Source: a virus (Duplodnaviria > Heunggongvirae > Uroviricota > Caudoviricetes). Taken from it: a stretch of 44,531 nt of DNA. The stretch lies in the IMG/VR virus record IMGVR_UViG_3300034980_000290, one strand, 5' to 3'. A model generated the notes under the pieces. It was not told where the DNA came from, ran no database searches, and saw only the letters and a program-made list of their open reading frames with translations. Within the stretch, counting starts at the first letter, position 1, and each line of letters opens with the position of its first letter. Both the position numbers and the translations under genes were made by a program. Shown in pieces: positions 42,008-44,531 of the stretch.

Positions 42008-42777
42008 GCATTCCACTTATGGAGCGCAATCTGGCCCATGTCGTGCTGCTCTCGGGCGGCGCCGACAGCGCCACTGTCCTGGGCATAGCGGCGGCCAAGG
42101 TGGCAGCAGAGCGCGAGGCAGGGCGCACCAGCAAGCTGATCGCCTTCCACTGCAACTACGGCCAGATCACCGAGATGAGGGAGTTGTCATGCTTCCGCTC
42201 TCTGTGCGAACACTACATGATTCCGAACGAACACCGGTACGTGGTGGACATTGGATTCCTCAAGCAGATCGGCGGCAGTAGCCTCACCGACGCTTCTGTG
42301 GCGGTGGAGTCGGATGGTGATGCGATTGTCAACGCCCGAGTGCCCACCAGCTACGTGCCGTTCAGGAATGGCAACCTCCTCAGTATCGCTGCCGCCGTCG
42401 CTGCCAAGCATGACGCCACCGACATCTGGTGTGGTGTGGTAGATGAGGATGCCAGTGGGTACCCGGACTGCCGCCCCGCCTTCATCGAGTTCATGGAGGC
42501 CGCCATCAACGCCGGGCTCCCTGACGGCCACGACATCGTGATCAACGCACCGCTCATCAACGCCAAGAAGGATCAGATCATCCAGGCTGGCAATGAGATG
42601 TCGGTGCCCTACGAACTGACCTGGTCTTGCTACCAGGGTGACCAAGAGGCGTGCGGGGTTTGTGACTCATGCCGCCTGCGTGTTGCCAGCTTCCTCAAGC
42701 TGGGGCTGGATGACCCCATCAAGTACAAGGACTACGAAGCGGCGAAGGTCGCTGCCCAGGTTGCGATGCCAAGCTGA
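42004..42777 (+). CDS. queC: 7-cyano-7-deazaguanine (preQ0) synthase
   Basis: LLSGGADS, NYGQ, YVPFRN, YPDCRP, TWSCY, CGVCDSCRLR; no glutamine amidotransferase domain. Confidence 0.95.
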   Translation: MSIPLMERNLAHVVLLSGGADSATVLGIAAAKVAAEREAGRTSKLIAFHCNYGQITEMRELSCFRSLCEHYMIPNEHRYVVDIGFLKQIGGSSLTDASVAVESDGDAIVNARVPTSYVPFRNGNLLSIAAAVAAKHDATDIWCGVVDEDASGYPDCRPAFIEFMEAAINAGLPDGHDIVINAPLINAKKDQIIQAGNEMSVPYELTWSCYQGDQEACGVCDSCRLRVASFLKLGLDDPIKYKDYEAAKVAAQVAMPS

Positions 42778-42806
42778 AATCGTTCCCCGGGGGTAAGTGG
42801 CGAGCA

Positions 42807-43109
42807 ATGATCTGCGAGAAGTGCAAGACCCAGTACGTAGATGAACACGCTTGTCCGACCAAGTTCAAGGTGGGGGTTGACTTCAAAGGGTTGAGAGCTG
42901 TGGCAGAAGCTGCCACAGCTACGGATGAGATGTTCGAAGACTTCATGAAGCTGAAGGAACTCCTGGCCAAGCAGAATGAAGCTACCATAGCGATGGTCAA
43001 AGGGAAAGAAAAGCCACGTGGCCGCCGAGCCAGGATGACAGAGGAGGCTGTAGAGGGCATGGAAGTCAGGGGCAACATCGAGGACGGTACAGCGTACATT
43101 GGCACATGA
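42807..43109 (+). CDS. Hypothetical protein with N-terminal zinc knuckle
   Basis: MICEKCKTQYVDEHAC. Confidence 0.65.
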   Translation: MICEKCKTQYVDEHACPTKFKVGVDFKGLRAVAEAATATDEMFEDFMKLKELLAKQNEATIAMVKGKEKPRGRRARMTEEAVEGMEVRGNIEDGTAYIGT

Positions 43110-43116
43110 GGAACCT

Positions 43117-43713
43117 ATGAAAGAGCATTGGCCGGAACCAGTAAACTTCAGTCCCAACAGGGCTCGCCTTGAGGCTGCCTACAAGGAAATCTTGGAGTCT
43201 CTGCTTCCCGGCATGTGGGACACTGATGTCAACACCAAGGACACTCCAGCCCGTGCCGCGAAGGCCATGTGTGAGCTGACTGCGGGGTACGGCAAGAACC
43301 CTGAAGAGATCATCACCGTATTTGAGGAAAAGAAGTACGATCAGATCGTGCTGGTGAGGGGCATTGGATACTATTCACTCTGCGCCCACCACCTGCTCCC
43401 CTTCTTTGGTGAGGTGAAGATTGCCTACATCCCCCACGGGAAGGTGCTGGGACTCAGCAAGTTCGCCAGGATGGCCAACCTCTACGCCCGGCGGCTCCAA
43501 ATCCAGGAGCGCATGACACAGCAGATCGCCCTTGCCATCGAGACGCAGCTCAAGCCCAAGGGGGTGATGGTGCAGGTGACCGGCACCCATCTGTGCATGA
43601 GCATGAGGGGGGTGGAGTGTCCCGGTGCTGAGACGCTCACACAAAGCATCTCAGGGTGCTTTGAGAATGAGCCCGAGGCAAGAGCGGAGGCAATCGCACT
43701 ATTTCAGCAGTAG
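43117..43713 (+). CDS. folE: GTP cyclohydrolase I
   Basis: DTPARAAK, SLCAHHLLPFFG, GLSKFAR, RRLQIQERMT, HLCMSMRG. Confidence 0.97.
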   Translation: MKEHWPEPVNFSPNRARLEAAYKEILESLLPGMWDTDVNTKDTPARAAKAMCELTAGYGKNPEEIITVFEEKKYDQIVLVRGIGYYSLCAHHLLPFFGEVKIAYIPHGKVLGLSKFARMANLYARRLQIQERMTQQIALAIETQLKPKGVMVQVTGTHLCMSMRGVECPGAETLTQSISGCFENEPEARAEAIALFQQ

Positions 43714-43726
43714 AACGCACGCTCAA

Positions 43727-43746
43727 TGCCGCCCTGGTGGGTACAA
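43727..43746 (+). promoter_or_regulatory. Putative promoter motif TGCC-N10-GTACAA
   Basis: Shared intergenic motif, followed by T (TACAAT). Confidence 0.45.
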
Positions 43747-43781
43747 TGGCCCACGGCGCACCACGCGCCCAGGAGTAGCAC

Positions 43782-44027
43782 ATGGGAGTGTTCTTGCTTA
43801 TCGTTTTGGGTGTGTTGTTGTACGGCAGCCCGATTTGGATCCCGCTGCTGTACTTCTATCACGTAAAACCAACGAAGAAGAGATTGGAGGCGAAAGCGGC
43901 AGCACTGAAGGCAGCCGAAGACGCCAACGACCCCGAGGAGATACAGATCGATGTCACAAATCGAACGAGTGGAGAAGAATGGCGGGCAAGAGTTTCGGCT
44001 TGTCCCACAACACCCCCGCCATTTTGA
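43782..44027 (+). CDS. Small single-TM membrane protein
   Basis: AGGAG RBS; hydrophobic N-terminus; overlaps the queF start by 77 nt. Confidence 0.55.
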   Translation: MGVFLLIVLGVLLYGSPIWIPLLYFYHVKPTKKRLEAKAAALKAAEDANDPEEIQIDVTNRTSGEEWRARVSACPTTPPPF

Positions 44028-44430
44028 GACGGCTTGCCCACTCGATCCAACGCCCAACCCATACCCGAACAACCCGGCAGAGATCACGTGCACCAGCGAG
44101 GAGTTCAGCGCGGTGTGCCCCAAGTCAGGGCTCCCAGACATCTACGCCCTGAACATCAGTTACTACCCGGCGAAGTCCCTGGTGGAGCTCAAAAGCCTCA
44201 AGCTGTATCTCAATTGCTACCGACTCATCGGCATGTTCGTTGAGGATATCGCCCAGCACATCGCCGATGACTTCTGGAAAGCGGTCAATCCCCACTTCGT
44301 CCAGATCACGCTCGTGCAGGGAATGCGCGGCGGCATCATTACGCAGTCCAAGGTGTTCCGTGGGCAGATCCCCGACAACGAGAACTTCACCACCGAAGAC
44401 AAGAAAGACAAGTACGAGACCATGGGGTAG
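43951..44430 (+). CDS. queF: preQ0 reductase QueF (short unimodular type)
   Basis: NPYP, EFSAVCPKSGLPD (catalytic Cys/Asp), QueF motif ELKSLKLY, RGGI; GGAGGAG RBS. Confidence 0.85.
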   Translation: MSQIERVEKNGGQEFRLVPQHPRHFETACPLDPTPNPYPNNPAEITCTSEEFSAVCPKSGLPDIYALNISYYPAKSLVELKSLKLYLNCYRLIGMFVEDIAQHIADDFWKAVNPHFVQITLVQGMRGGIITQSKVFRGQIPDNENFTTEDKKDKYETMG

Positions 44431-44442
44431 AAGGCTTGGTCA

Positions 44443-44462
44443 TGCCCCGCCTGGGCGTACAA
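44443..44462 (+). promoter_or_regulatory. Putative promoter motif TGCC-N10-GTACAA
   Basis: Shared motif right after the queF stop, followed by T. Confidence 0.45.
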
Positions 44463-44531
44463 TGTAAGCGCACAACAAAAGCGTGTCGCCCCACCCTTCA
44501 ACTGCAATGGTCGGTGCGCACAAATACCAAT

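Noticed and set aside
42004-44430. Archaeosine (dG+) pathway
   Set aside because: QueC has no Gat domain, no ArcS is seen, and QueF retains the reductase-type ExKSxKLY motif; not fully excluded given the His-to-Val change.

Overview
About 44.5 kb of a GC-rich dsDNA bacteriophage genome; every credible gene is on the + strand, mostly translationally coupled. Order: end of a tail-fibre-like virion gene and a membrane/lipoprotein (lysis-like) block (1-5 kb); a host-like replication and recombination module (5-27 kb) with an intein-containing SF2 helicase, DnaC-like loader, DnaB, DnaG, a DnaE split into separate PHP and catalytic genes, beta-clamp, gp32-like SSB, RecA, SbcD/SbcC and RuvC; two ECF-like sigma factors, one fused to a RuvC-like domain; a small-gene accessory patch (29-31 kb); seven soluble glycosyltransferases interleaved with an HD hydrolase, a DUF1599-like protein and a structured-RNA locus ending in an aberrant tRNA (31.7-39.6 kb); and a complete GTP-to-preQ1 7-deazaguanine pathway (queD, queE, queC, folE, queF) with a MazG-like enzyme but no visible DpdA (39.7-44.4 kb). 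The best leads are possible sugar-hypermodified or pre-replicatively installed deazaguanine DNA, the RNA locus at 32.7-33.1 kb, the intein-less split DnaE and the sigma-RuvC fusion. All family calls come from motif recognition by eye; no database search was run, and host taxonomy cannot be assigned.
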